The translations under genes and the position numbers were made by a program. A stretch of 64,000 bases of DNA from an uncultured delta proteobacterium (lineage in GTDB: Bacteria; Myxococcota_A; Polyangia; Polyangiales; B10-G4): contig CAVSGI010000027.1 in NCBI GenBank assembly GCA_963727445.1, positions 320,001-384,000 on the forward strand, read 5' to 3'. The notes below the pieces were generated by a model. It saw only the letters and a program-made list of their open reading frames with translations, had not been told where the DNA came from and ran no database searches. Positions 47,664 to 57,216 of this stretch are shown here, in pieces; the first letter of the stretch is position 1; every line of letters begins with the position of its first letter.

Positions 47664-48676
47664 CCGCTCTTCTCCTCCGGGATGCGGATCAGCGCCGCCC
47701 CCGCACAGAACCCCGCACCGCCGCCCACCATCAGCACCAGCGACCCCGGCCGGACGCGGTCCGAGCGAAGCGCCTCGTCGAGGGCCACCGCTATGGAGGC
47801 GCTCGACATGTTTCCGGTCCGGTGAACGTTGATGAACATCTTGTCCTTCGGTAGGCGAAGGTACCGCGAGAGGCGATCGAGGATCATCCGATTCGGCTGA
47901 TGCGGCACCACCAGATCGACGTCGTCGAGGCGCAGATTCATCGCGTCGAGCAGGCGCTCCGCCGTCTCGCTCATCCCTTCGAGGGCGGTCAGGAAGACCT
48001 TCGGCCCATCCACCATGGACAGGAAGTGCTCCCGCGCTTCCACCGTCTCCTTCGAGGCGGGCTTGCGGCTGCCGCCGGCGGGGATGTGGATCGCTTCGGC
48101 GCCCTCCCCGTCCGCGGCGGTGTAGACGGCGAGCAGGCCTTGTCCCACCGGTCCTTCGGTCAGCAGCACGCCGCCCGCCCCATCGCCGTAGAGCGCGCAG
48201 GTGGCGCGGTCGTCGGGATCGACGAAGCGCGAGCGTATGTCGGCGGCGATCACCAGCACGCGGGCGTCCCCGGTCACCACCGCCCGGGCGCCGGCGTCGA
48301 GACCGAAGAGGAAACCCGCGCACGCGGCGCCGACGTCGAAGGCCGGCGCCGGCGCGAGGCGGAGCCCCCGCGAGACGAAGCACGCGCAAGCGGGGCTGGG
48401 ATAGTCGGCGGAGGTGGTGGAGAGGAGCAAACGGTCCACCGCGTCCACGCCCGCGCGGGCGAGGATTCGCCGCCCCGCCAGGATGCCGAGGTCGCTGGTC
48501 GCCTGGTCGTCACTCGCCCAGTGCCGCTCCTCGATCCCCGTGAGCTTGTCGATCTCGGCTTCCGTGAGGGGCGCGTTCGGGCGCGCCGCGATCTCGGCGG
48601 AGGTCACCACGCGCTCGGGCAGGTACGAGCCGGTCGCCGCGATCCGCACCCCGGTCTTCGGAACGAAGAGGCTCAT
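47660..48676 (-). CDS. 3-oxoacyl-ACP synthase III (FabH-like) 1
   Basis: GSYLP, AACAGF (Cys), GDGAG, PHQPN (His), TGNMSSAS (Asn). Confidence 0.92.
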   Translation of the reverse strand: MSLFVPKTGVRIAATGSYLPERVVTSAEIAARPNAPLTEAEIDKLTGIEERHWASDDQATSDLGILAGRRILARAGVDAVDRLLLSTTSADYPSPACACFVSRGLRLAPAPAFDVGAACAGFLFGLDAGARAVVTGDARVLVIAADIRSRFVDPDDRATCALYGDGAGGVLLTEGPVGQGLLAVYTAADGEGAEAIHIPAGGSRKPASKETVEAREHFLSMVDGPKVFLTALEGMSETAERLLDAMNLRLDDVDLVVPHQPNRMILDRLSRYLRLPKDKMFINVHRTGNMSSASIAVALDEALRSDRVRPGSLVLMVGGGAGFCAGAALIRIPEEKSG

Positions 48677-48909
48677 CCGTCCCCCGTGACCTCGCGCACC
48701 AGCGCCACCAGAGAGTCGACGGAGTCGAAGGCCTCGGGCGTCACCAGCTTCGCAGGCACCCGCACGTCGAAGGCACGTTCGATCGCGTCGTGGAGCATCA
48801 CCACCTCGAGCGACGCCAGCGACAGCGGCGCGTCGTCGTTCTCTTCCGCGTCGACGGGGCGACCGACTTCGTCCAGCAGCGAAAGGACCTGGGCTCGGAT
48901 CTCGCTCAC
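48673..48909 (-). CDS. Acyl carrier protein 2 (atypical LASL motif)
   Basis: 78 aa; SLASLEVVMLHDAIERAFDV...FDSVDSL; RBS gggag upstream of GTG. Confidence 0.75.
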   Translation of the reverse strand: MSEIRAQVLSLLDEVGRPVDAEENDDAPLSLASLEVVMLHDAIERAFDVRVPAKLVTPEAFDSVDSLVALVREVTGDG

Positions 48910-48920
48910 GTCGTTCTCCC

Positions 48921-49976
48921 TCAGGCTCGAAAGACGGCGGCGCCCCACGCGAGGCCGCCGCCGAGGGCTGCGAAGAGGATGGTCCCACCAGGGCGAAGAC
49001 GTCCATCGCGCCGCGCGCGGTCGAGGCCGATGAGCACCCCGGGCGTCCCGCAATTGCCGTGCTCCGGCGCGGTGACCACCGTGCGCTCCATCGCGATACC
49101 CGCGGCCTTCGCGGCAGAAGCAATCGCGGGCCGGCTCGTCTGGTGGGGGATGAAGGAATCGACCGCGTTCGGCGCGAGGCCCGCCGCGTCCAGGGCGCGG
49201 CGGGTGACGTCGGCGTAGAGGGCCGGGCTTCGCCTGGCGAGCTCCTCGGGATCGCCGGCGAGGAAGTAGAGTCCTTCGTCGAGCCGAGCGTGGGTGACCG
49301 GAAACGGGGCTGGCGCGGCCCCGAGGTGTCCGAGGCTTCCGTCGCTGTCGAAAACGACGGAGACGAGACCGCCTTCGCCTTCGGACGGCATCACGATCGC
49401 GGCGGCGGCCGCGTCTCCGAAAGCGAGCGGTGCGAGAGGCTCCGAGGGTGGGGCGAGCTTGGAGAAGGTGTCACTCGCGACGACCGCGACCGGGGTCTGG
49501 GTCGCAGCGGCGTAGCTGCAGGCGCTCGACAGAGACCAGAGCCCCCCGGAGCAGCCGGAACGCACGTCGAAGGAGGCGCAGCGCGCACCCACGCGTGCGG
49601 CGATCTGCGGGGCGTTGGCGCCGGTGATGCGCGCCGGAGTGCTGGTGGTGGCGATGATCAGCCCGAGCGCCTCCGCCGCCAGGGACGCGTCTTCGAGGGC
49701 GAGGGAGAGGGCCTGCACCGAGAGATCGACCGTCGTCGCTTCGTCGTCACCGAAGGGCGCACCGATCTCGTGCGTCCAGTGGCGCTGCTCGACACCCAGA
49801 GATTCGCCGAAGGTGCGCGCGACCTCCGCGATCTCTTCGGGGCTGCGCGGCCCCCGCCGTCCGGAGGGCGAGTACTTGGCGACGACCTCCGCGTTCGACA
49901 GGGCCCGCGGCGGAAAGGCGACGGCCGTGCCCAGGATGCGGCAGGGCTCGTGGCGCGCCATCGTCAGCGGAGGCAT
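48921..49976 (-). CDS. 3-oxoacyl-ACP synthase III (FabH-like) 2
   Basis: SGCSGG (Cys), FGDAAAA, PHQTS (His), HGNCG (Asn), GGGLAWGA. Confidence 0.88.
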   Translation of the reverse strand: MPPLTMARHEPCRILGTAVAFPPRALSNAEVVAKYSPSGRRGPRSPEEIAEVARTFGESLGVEQRHWTHEIGAPFGDDEATTVDLSVQALSLALEDASLAAEALGLIIATTSTPARITGANAPQIAARVGARCASFDVRSGCSGGLWSLSSACSYAAATQTPVAVVASDTFSKLAPPSEPLAPLAFGDAAAAAIVMPSEGEGGLVSVVFDSDGSLGHLGAAPAPFPVTHARLDEGLYFLAGDPEELARRSPALYADVTRRALDAAGLAPNAVDSFIPHQTSRPAIASAAKAAGIAMERTVVTAPEHGNCGTPGVLIGLDRARRDGRLRPGGTILFAALGGGLAWGAAVFRA

Positions 49977-50006
49977 CGCGAGCGAGGATACACCGACGGC
50001 CGGGGC

Positions 50007-51809
50007 TCAAGCGACGAAGCGCGCCACGCCGTTGGCGAGGCGGCTGCGCATCAGCGTGACCACACCGGCGACCTCGCTCCGGGTCTTGCTCATGCGCCGC
50101 GGGAGCGCGCCGCTCAGCACCATCTCCTTGGCGCGCAGGCGCTGCTTCTTGCCGCTGCTCGTCTTGGGCAGCGTGTTCGCCTCGAGGAGCACGACACGCG
50201 TCGGAACGATGCCGATCTCGTCGCTCACCGCTTCCTTGATCGCTTCTTCGAGAGCCGCGCGATCCTCTTCGTTGCGCAGGCGCGTCTCGACCGCCACCTG
50301 GAGCTTGTCCGAGGCGCTGCGCTCGCAGTACACACCAAAGGCGACGGCGTTGCCCTTGCGCACGCCATCCACCGTCTCGACCACCGCCTCGATCGCCTCG
50401 GCGTAGTAGTTGCGGCCGCGGACGATGAGCATGTGCTTGCGGCGGCCCACGACGAAGAGCTCGCCGCCCGCGAGGTAGCCGAGGTCGCCGGTGCGAAGCT
50501 CGCCGCCCTTCAACACCTCGGCCGTCGCCTCGGGATTGCCGAGATAGCCCGCCATCACCGATGGCCCGCTCACCCAGACCTCACCGATGGCGCGCTCGCC
50601 GAGCGCGTTGCCATCGGCGTCACGGATGACGACGCGGCTGGTCGGGAACGGCGCACCCACGGACACCACGGAGACCGCTTCGTCGCTGGCGCTTGGAATC
50701 GCGCGAGGCGCTCCGCTGTCGTGAAGCGCCTTCGCGCAGACGCGGTCCTCGCGGAGCCCCACGCCGGGCCGCACGCCGGTGACGCCCACGCAGCTCTCGG
50801 CCAGGCCGTAGGCGGGACAGAAGGTCTCGCGGCCGAGTCCGGCCGGGGCGAAGCGGTCGAAGAACGCCTCGATGGTTGCCGCCTGGATGGGCTCGGCGCC
50901 GCTCACGATGACGCGCACCGAGGACAGGTCGAGCGCCTCGATCTCGGCGTCGCTCATCCGGCGCGCGCTCAATCCGAAGGCGAAGTTCGGCGCCCCGGTG
51001 ATGGTGCCCCGATGCCGTTCGATCGCGCGCCACCAGGCGCCGGTGTCGAGGAGGAAGACAGAAGGCGAGAGCATCACCAGCTCGGCGCCCGCGACGATGG
51101 AGCCGAGGAGCGTCCCGATGAGACCGAGGTCGTGATAGAGCGGCAGCCAGGAGACGAAGACGTCCTCGTCCGTGTTGCCCCAGCGCGCGTTGAAGCCCTC
51201 GATGTTCGCCATGAGGTTTCGGTGCAACAGCACCACCGGCTTCGGCGACGAGGTGCTCCCCGAGGTGCACTGGATCATCCCGATGTCGTCGGGAGAAGGG
51301 ATCTGCAGGGTCCCTTTGGGCTCGGCGTCGAGGCGCGCGACGTCGAGGAGGTGGCGGAGGCTCGGCGAATTGCGCACCGTCCCGATGGCGTTTCCGATCT
51401 GCGCGTCGGTGACGAGCATCGGCGCGGAGGTCGCCTCGATGATGTGGCCGAGGAGCTCGACGTAGCTGGACAGCCGCGCCATCGCGACCGGCGGATAAGC
51501 CGGCACGGGGACACCGCCGGCGAGGAGCACACCGAAGAAGGTCTCGACGAACTCGAAGGAGGTGTTGAGGACGAGCACCACCCGGTCGCCGCGCGACAGG
51601 CCGAGGTCCATCAGGGCCGCGGCGCGCCGGTGTGCGCCGCTGAGAAGCGCCGCGTAGCTCCGGCGCTCCTCGCTCTCGTCGCCATGCACCAGCACGATGC
51701 CGTGGCCCGTCGCCGCCGCATGCGACAGGGCCGTCACCAGGTCCCCGACCACGGGAGGCTGGGCCTCGCGGGCGCGGATGACGTCGGGAATCGTGGGCGC
51801 CTGGTCCAT
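50007..51809 (-). CDS. Fatty acyl-AMP ligase (FAAL)
   Basis: QCTSGSTSSPK, SWLPLYHDLGLIG, PNFAF, PAYGLAES, LRTGDLG, LPKTSSGK. Confidence 0.88.
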   Translation of the reverse strand: MDQAPTIPDVIRAREAQPPVVGDLVTALSHAAATGHGIVLVHGDESEERRSYAALLSGAHRRAAALMDLGLSRGDRVVLVLNTSFEFVETFFGVLLAGGVPVPAYPPVAMARLSSYVELLGHIIEATSAPMLVTDAQIGNAIGTVRNSPSLRHLLDVARLDAEPKGTLQIPSPDDIGMIQCTSGSTSSPKPVVLLHRNLMANIEGFNARWGNTDEDVFVSWLPLYHDLGLIGTLLGSIVAGAELVMLSPSVFLLDTGAWWRAIERHRGTITGAPNFAFGLSARRMSDAEIEALDLSSVRVIVSGAEPIQAATIEAFFDRFAPAGLGRETFCPAYGLAESCVGVTGVRPGVGLREDRVCAKALHDSGAPRAIPSASDEAVSVVSVGAPFPTSRVVIRDADGNALGERAIGEVWVSGPSVMAGYLGNPEATAEVLKGGELRTGDLGYLAGGELFVVGRRKHMLIVRGRNYYAEAIEAVVETVDGVRKGNAVAFGVYCERSASDKLQVAVETRLRNEEDRAALEEAIKEAVSDEIGIVPTRVVLLEANTLPKTSSGKKQRLRAKEMVLSGALPRRMSKTRSEVAGVVTLMRSRLANGVARFVA

Positions 51810-51962
51810 GCTGCCCGGTGGCGTCTGCAGGGACAGTGCCAGGGTCAGAGCCGAAAACGGGCCCGAAATTGCCCTGGTATCGCGGGCATCCGGCGGTTAA
51901 GTGGCCAGCCGCCTTGTGCAGTGGAGGTCAGACGAGTGACCACCAGCTGCGCACGCCGTTGC

Positions 51963-52733
51963 TCAGAGCAGGTGGCCCAGGTGCAGCCCCCCGTCGATGG
52001 GGATCACCGCCCCGGTGATTTGACGGGCCGCCTCGGAGCAGAGGAAGGTGACCAACTCGGCCACGTCTTCGGCCGTCGCCAGCCGGCGTGTGGAAGCCGC
52101 CTTCCCCAGGCCTTCGAGCTCGGCGCGGTCGGGGTGTCGCTCGCCCAGGCGCTCGTTGTCGACGAAGCCCGGAGCCACCAGGTTGGCCGTGATCCCGAAG
52201 CGACCGAGATCGACCGCCAGGTTCTTCACCAGGCCCTCGAGGGCGGCTTTGGCGATGGAGTTGATGGGGCTCCTGGGCTGGCCCATGCGCCCGAGAGCCG
52301 AACCGATGAAGACGATGCGGCCAAATCGCCCGCCCATCAGATCCGGCGTCGCAGCCTTGAGGAGCGACAGAGAGGAACGGACGTCGACGTCGAGCACCCG
52401 CCCGGCGACGTCGAGATCCACCTGATGGATCTTGGACAGCGGCGTCATGAAGGCGTGGCTCAGAACGAGCACCTCGAGCGGCCCACCGAGCGCCTCGGCT
52501 GCGTGGGCCGGGACGCCACCGGCTGCGTCGAGATCTTCGAGATCGGTGACGCAGACGTAGGCCTCCCCGCCCAGCTCCTGGACGAGCGCGCGGGTCTCCT
52601 CGAGCGCCTCCTCACCCCGCGCGACGAGTACGAGGCGGGCGCCCTCCCGTGCCAGCGTGCAGGCGACCGCGCGTCCGATGCCTCGACTCGCACCGGTCAC
52701 CAGAGCGCGACGCCCCGCGAGGCAATAATCCAC
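51963..52733 (-). CDS. SDR family oxidoreductase (FabG-like, atypical active site)
   Basis: TGASRGIG, NLVAPG, ITG.VIPIDGG; YxxxK position reads NSIAK. Confidence 0.85.
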   Translation of the reverse strand: MDYCLAGRRALVTGASRGIGRAVACTLAREGARLVLVARGEEALEETRALVQELGGEAYVCVTDLEDLDAAGGVPAHAAEALGGPLEVLVLSHAFMTPLSKIHQVDLDVAGRVLDVDVRSSLSLLKAATPDLMGGRFGRIVFIGSALGRMGQPRSPINSIAKAALEGLVKNLAVDLGRFGITANLVAPGFVDNERLGERHPDRAELEGLGKAASTRRLATAEDVAELVTFLCSEAARQITGAVIPIDGGLHLGHLL

Positions 52734-52840
52734 GACGCGAGGCTACCAGCTCGTCCACGCACCAGCGCAGGTGAATCCGATCACCATCGGGCGGGGGTGG
52801 AAATTGGCCGGTCTGCGAGCAGCGAAAGGGCCCGGCCCCC

Positions 52841-53938
52841 TCACTCCTCTTCTTCGACCGCCGGCTCCTCGCGAGGCTCGTCCTGTCGAATCGAGTAGCG
52901 CACCAGCGCCCTGAGGATGTCGTTCCGCTCGAGGTTGCCCACCAGCCGCTTGATGTCGTCGTAGATCGAAGGGTCGGTGAGGAGCGCACCGATGGTGCCG
53001 CGGCCCGCGCGGATGTCCGACGTCACGGCGCGCATGTCCTCGCTCATCGCGGAGAGGTTCGCCATGAGCTCGCCTCCGGACTCCTCGTAGATCAGCTCGT
53101 GCACCAGGCCGTCACCCTCGCGGATGGCGTTCAGCGCCGATGCGATCTCACCGGTGGCGTCCGCCAGGTTGGTCACCAGCCGTGTGCCCTGGTTGCCGTA
53201 GATCAGCTCGTGGGCGGTGCCGTCGCCCCGCTCCACCTCCTGGGAGATGTGCCGCACCGCGAGCGCCGCCCCAGCGAGGTCGCGGCTGGCCCGCTCGACG
53301 TTGGCGAGGGATCGGTCGACACGCTGGGCGGCCTCCTCGTCCGAGAGCAGGTGCGCGAGGGCACCGTCTTCGTTGGCGGCCATTCGGGTGATCGTGGCGA
53401 GGTTGGACGTCGTCTCCCGCAGGTCGGCGCCGAATTCGGGTTCGGCGAGAGGCCCGGTGGCCACGCGGAGGTTGTGCGCCGTCTGCTGCACCTCCTCGAT
53501 GATCGTGCCGAGCTCGGTCACGTAGTCGTTCAACGCGACCGCGTTCTCGCTCTGAAGCGTTCCACCCTCGGGGAGCTGCGCGCCGCTACCCGGGGTGATG
53601 TCCACCAGCTTGTCTCCCAAGAGCCCCTGGTTACCGATGGTGGCGACGCTGTCGCGCCGCACGAGATGCACGGCGTCCGAGACCACGCCGAGGGTCACCC
53701 GCGTGGTTCCTTCGTCGGTGAGCTCGACCTGTCGAACCACACCCACGTCGACGCCGGCGATGCGCACCGAGCTTCCCTCGGAGAGGCCGTCGACCGAGTC
53801 GAAGAGCGCGATGTACTCGTGCTTGCGCTTGAAGACGTTCTGCTGGTTGCCGATGATGAAGGCGAGCCCCGTCCCCGTGATCAGGGCGGCGACCACGAAG
53901 AGCCCGACGCGAAACTCAGCAGCGCGGCTTCGTTTCAC
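52841..53938 (-). CDS. mlaD: MlaD/MCE family protein
   Basis: VGLFV TM; GLSEGSSVRIAGVDVG; GLLGDKLVDITPG. Confidence 0.88.
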   Translation of the reverse strand: MKRSRAAEFRVGLFVVAALITGTGLAFIIGNQQNVFKRKHEYIALFDSVDGLSEGSSVRIAGVDVGVVRQVELTDEGTTRVTLGVVSDAVHLVRRDSVATIGNQGLLGDKLVDITPGSGAQLPEGGTLQSENAVALNDYVTELGTIIEEVQQTAHNLRVATGPLAEPEFGADLRETTSNLATITRMAANEDGALAHLLSDEEAAQRVDRSLANVERASRDLAGAALAVRHISQEVERGDGTAHELIYGNQGTRLVTNLADATGEIASALNAIREGDGLVHELIYEESGGELMANLSAMSEDMRAVTSDIRAGRGTIGALLTDPSIYDDIKRLVGNLERNDILRALVRYSIRQDEPREEPAVEEEE

Positions 53939-53941
53939 GGC

Positions 53942-54715
53942 TCAGCCACCCTTCCTGAGCAGTGTATGGGCATCGATCTCCTCTTCGGCGTTGCCTTCGA
54001 TGAAGTCGCGCACCTTGTCGATGGTGGTGTGCCGGATCTCGTCCACGGTTCCCTGGAAGATCACCCTGCCGTCGTCGATCATCGCGATTCGGTCGCTGAT
54101 GGAGAACGCGCTCGCCAAGTCGTGGGTGACGACGATCGAGGTGACCTCCAGCTTGTGCTTCAGGTCGAGGATGAGGCGATTGATCCGCGTCACGTTGATC
54201 GGGTCGAGGCCGGTGGTGGGCTCGTCGTAGAGGAGGACCTGAGGACGGACAGCGATGGCGCGCGCGAGGCCCACGCGCTTCTTCATGCCACCCGAGAGGT
54301 CCGCCGGCCACATGGCCTCGATCCCCGGCAGCCCCACCGAGTCGAGCGACTCGTGAACGCGCGCAGAGATCTCCTCCTCGCTCATGGCGAGGTGCTCCCG
54401 GAGACCGTACGCGACGTTCTCGCCCACCGAGAGCGAATCGAAGAGCGCCGCCCCCTGGAAGAGCATCCCGATTCGACGGCGCACCTCCGTGAGGATCTTC
54501 GGCTTCGCGCCGACGATCTGGATGCCGTCGAAGACGATCGACCCTCCATCGGCATCGAGGAGCCCGATCAGCAGCTTGAGCATGACGCTCTTCCCCATCC
54601 CCGACCCACCGATGATGGTGATCGACTCCCCCTCGAAGATATCGAGGTTCAGATCGACGTAGACGCGCTTCTCGCCGAACGCCTTCTGAACGTTGCGGAA
54701 CTCGATGAGCGCCAC
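53942..54715 (-). CDS. mlaF: MlaF-like ABC ATP-binding protein
   Basis: GGSGMGKS, FQGAALFDSL, LSGGMKKRVGLARA, YDEPTTGLDP. Confidence 0.9.
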   Translation of the reverse strand: MALIEFRNVQKAFGEKRVYVDLNLDIFEGESITIIGGSGMGKSVMLKLLIGLLDADGGSIVFDGIQIVGAKPKILTEVRRRIGMLFQGAALFDSLSVGENVAYGLREHLAMSEEEISARVHESLDSVGLPGIEAMWPADLSGGMKKRVGLARAIAVRPQVLLYDEPTTGLDPINVTRINRLILDLKHKLEVTSIVVTHDLASAFSISDRIAMIDDGRVIFQGTVDEIRHTTIDKVRDFIEGNAEEEIDAHTLLRKGG

Positions 54716-54739
54716 GCGCGCAATCTACCGCACCCGAGC

Positions 54740-55558
54740 TCAGAGACTCAGGAAGATCTGCGTGAGGAGCGCATCCGCGACCAGGATCGCGATGGAAACG
54801 ACCACCACCGCCGACGCTGTGGAGCGCCCTACGCCCTCTGTGCCCCCCCGCGTCGAGAGCCCCAGGTAACAACCCAGGATCGTGGTCAGGAAGCCGAAGA
54901 ACGGCGTTTTGCCCATCCCGGCCATGAAGTCCTTCACCGTCACCGAGTCGATGGCCGTCGACAGGAAGAAGGGCGACGGGATCCGAAAGGTGACGTTGCA
55001 GACGACCATCGCAGAAAAGACGCCGAGCACCAGCGCGAAGGCCGCGATCATCGGGATGACCAGCATCCCGGCCAGCACCCGGGGCACCACCAGGCGGCGG
55101 ATGGGGTCGGCGCCGAGGGCGCGGATGGCGTCGATCTGCTCGGTGACCGCCATCGATCCCAGCTCGGCCGCCATGGCGGCGGCGATGCGGCTGCCGACGA
55201 CCAGGCTGGTGAGCGCCGGGGCGAGCTCGCGGGCTTCCGAGAGGCCGACGATGCGACCGACGGTGTCCTTGGCGCCGAAGCGCTCGAGGGAGTGCGCGAA
55301 CTGGATGGCCATGACGATGCCGACGAAGATGGCGGTGGCCGCGCCGATGCCCATGCTCTTCACGCCGAGGCTGTCCATCTGATCGACGAAGGCGTGGAAG
55401 TCGAGGCGGGTCTTGAACGCGGTGGTGACCGTCTGGCGGGTGAGCGCGGTCACTCGGCCGACGTGCACGAAGAAGCGGTAGAGGACGTCTCCCCAGCGGA
55501 CGAGCACACCCTTGACGCCGGGCGCGGTGGGGGGCGGGATGGTGTTGGAGCTCGCCAC
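54740..55558 (-). CDS. mlaE: MlaE-like ABC permease
   Basis: RELAPALT, AELGSMAVTEQIDAIRALG.DP, GGTEGVGRST. Confidence 0.9.
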   Translation of the reverse strand: MASSNTIPPPTAPGVKGVLVRWGDVLYRFFVHVGRVTALTRQTVTTAFKTRLDFHAFVDQMDSLGVKSMGIGAATAIFVGIVMAIQFAHSLERFGAKDTVGRIVGLSEARELAPALTSLVVGSRIAAAMAAELGSMAVTEQIDAIRALGADPIRRLVVPRVLAGMLVIPMIAAFALVLGVFSAMVVCNVTFRIPSPFFLSTAIDSVTVKDFMAGMGKTPFFGFLTTILGCYLGLSTRGGTEGVGRSTASAVVVVSIAILVADALLTQIFLSL

Positions 55559-55560
55559 GT

Positions 55561-57198
55561 CTAAGGTCCCGGGCAGAGGGGCACGGGGTCGGGGGCGTCG
55601 GTACCCGTGCCGGTCCCGATCCCGAAGTCCGCGCCCCAGCAGTACCAGCGCATCTCGGTGTCGTGGAACGCGCAGTTGAAGTGGCCACCGACGGTCAGCT
55701 GGCTCCACGGGCCGGCCTTGGTGATCGGGCGCGGGACGTCGGAGGAGTCGTCGACGGCGCCGACGCCGAGCTCACCGTTTTCGTCGCCACCGAGACACGC
55801 GATGCTTCCGTCGGTCTTCAAACCGCAGCCGTGATACCACTCGAAGAGGAAGAACGACCAGTTGGTATCGGTGCCCACCTGGGTGGGCGTCGGCTCGTAG
55901 CCGCTCCCCCAGCAGAAGAGCCGTCCGTCGGTCTTGATGCCGCAGCTCGTCTGCTCTCCGCCGCTCGCGCTGACCCAGTCGGTGTCGCTCCCGATCTGTG
56001 TCGGCTGGTCCCTCGGGTCGGTGTCGCCAGTGCCGAGCTGGCCATAGGTGTTGTCGCCCCAGCAGAAGAGCCTTCCGTCGACCTTCACCGCGCAAGCGTG
56101 GCTCCAGCCGGCGGTGGCGCGTGCCCAGTCGGTGTCGGTCCCGACCGGATCGCCGTCCTCCCACAGGCTGCCGTTCGCCTGGAGCGCGAGCTTGCGCGAG
56201 TTGGCAGCGGAGATGGCCATCCAAGTGGTGTCCATCCCGACCTGCACCGGGTCCTGCTCGTCGCCTCCCCAGAACCACAGCGTTCCGTCGCTGCGAATCC
56301 CGCTCCCCGCGAATCCCGCGTACCCGAGGGCGAGCAGAGACCAGGAGCCCCCATCGTCGGCATGGCGGGGGATGGGCTGAAAGTCGGCCCCGCGCGCGTC
56401 GCCGAGGCCGAGCACGCGATCCGGGCTGTTGCCCCAGCACCACCTCTCCCCCAGCTCGTCGATGGCGCAGACGCTCTGATGGCCGGCGGCGATCGTGGCG
56501 AAGGACAACGGCGAGCAGGAGCCCGCCGTGCAGCGCGCACATCGATCGCAGTCATCGTCGACGGTGCAGCTCTGCGCGATGCAGCCCATGGTGGGCTCGC
56601 AATACTCGCCGATCAGACACGTCTGACTGCTGGGTGCGGCGGTGCACACGCCCGCCACGCACGCAGCGGGGGCGCAGGCGATGCCGGTATCGGCGCAGTC
56701 GGCGTCCGAAGCGCACTCGGGCGTGGGACAGTGCTCCGGCGTCTCCGGCGTGCACGCGGGATCGACGCAAACGCCACCGAGGCACTGGGTCAGCGCCGCC
56801 TCCGAGGCGGGGCACACGACGTCGGCGCAGTCGCGCGTGATCACGACGGTGACGGCGAAGGAGTCTTCCATCTCGACGCGGATCACGCGCTCCGGCACGA
56901 CGACATCGCCCGAGAGCTGCACCTTCACTCGGTATTGTCCGGGCGTCAGATCGGAGAGCTCGGCGATCCGCATCCCTTGCGTGAGATCCTGCAGGACCAC
57001 CCGCGTATCCACGCTGGCGACGACCTCCGCGCTGTCCCCTCCGAGGAGGACCACGCGCACGGAATCGACCTCGGCGCGCCCCACGTAGTCGGACTTGAGG
57101 TCGACGAATAGCTCGAGGTCGCTCCGCTCCGAGCATGATGTGGAAAGGCCCAGGAGCGAAAACAGAAGGCTCAGGGCGACGGGGCAGGCGGGCCTCAC
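55561..57198 (-). CDS. RCC1-repeat lipoprotein with Cys-rich linker
   Basis: Lipobox LSTSC; repeated HAC...DGRLFCWG.N..GQLG and QVGTDTNW. Confidence 0.8.
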   Translation of the reverse strand: MRPACPVALSLLFSLLGLSTSCSERSDLELFVDLKSDYVGRAEVDSVRVVLLGGDSAEVVASVDTRVVLQDLTQGMRIAELSDLTPGQYRVKVQLSGDVVVPERVIRVEMEDSFAVTVVITRDCADVVCPASEAALTQCLGGVCVDPACTPETPEHCPTPECASDADCADTGIACAPAACVAGVCTAAPSSQTCLIGEYCEPTMGCIAQSCTVDDDCDRCARCTAGSCSPLSFATIAAGHQSVCAIDELGERWCWGNSPDRVLGLGDARGADFQPIPRHADDGGSWSLLALGYAGFAGSGIRSDGTLWFWGGDEQDPVQVGMDTTWMAISAANSRKLALQANGSLWEDGDPVGTDTDWARATAGWSHACAVKVDGRLFCWGDNTYGQLGTGDTDPRDQPTQIGSDTDWVSASGGEQTSCGIKTDGRLFCWGSGYEPTPTQVGTDTNWSFFLFEWYHGCGLKTDGSIACLGGDENGELGVGAVDDSSDVPRPITKAGPWSQLTVGGHFNCAFHDTEMRWYCWGADFGIGTGTGTDAPDPVPLCPGP

Positions 57199-57216
57199 CC
57201 CGTCATGATACCCGAC

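Noticed and set aside
49059..52898. 1279-aa plus-strand ORF and similar long antisense ORFs (5010..6482, 37723..39756, 53099..55564)
   Set aside because: Shadow frames of real genes in high-GC DNA; no recognisable motifs.
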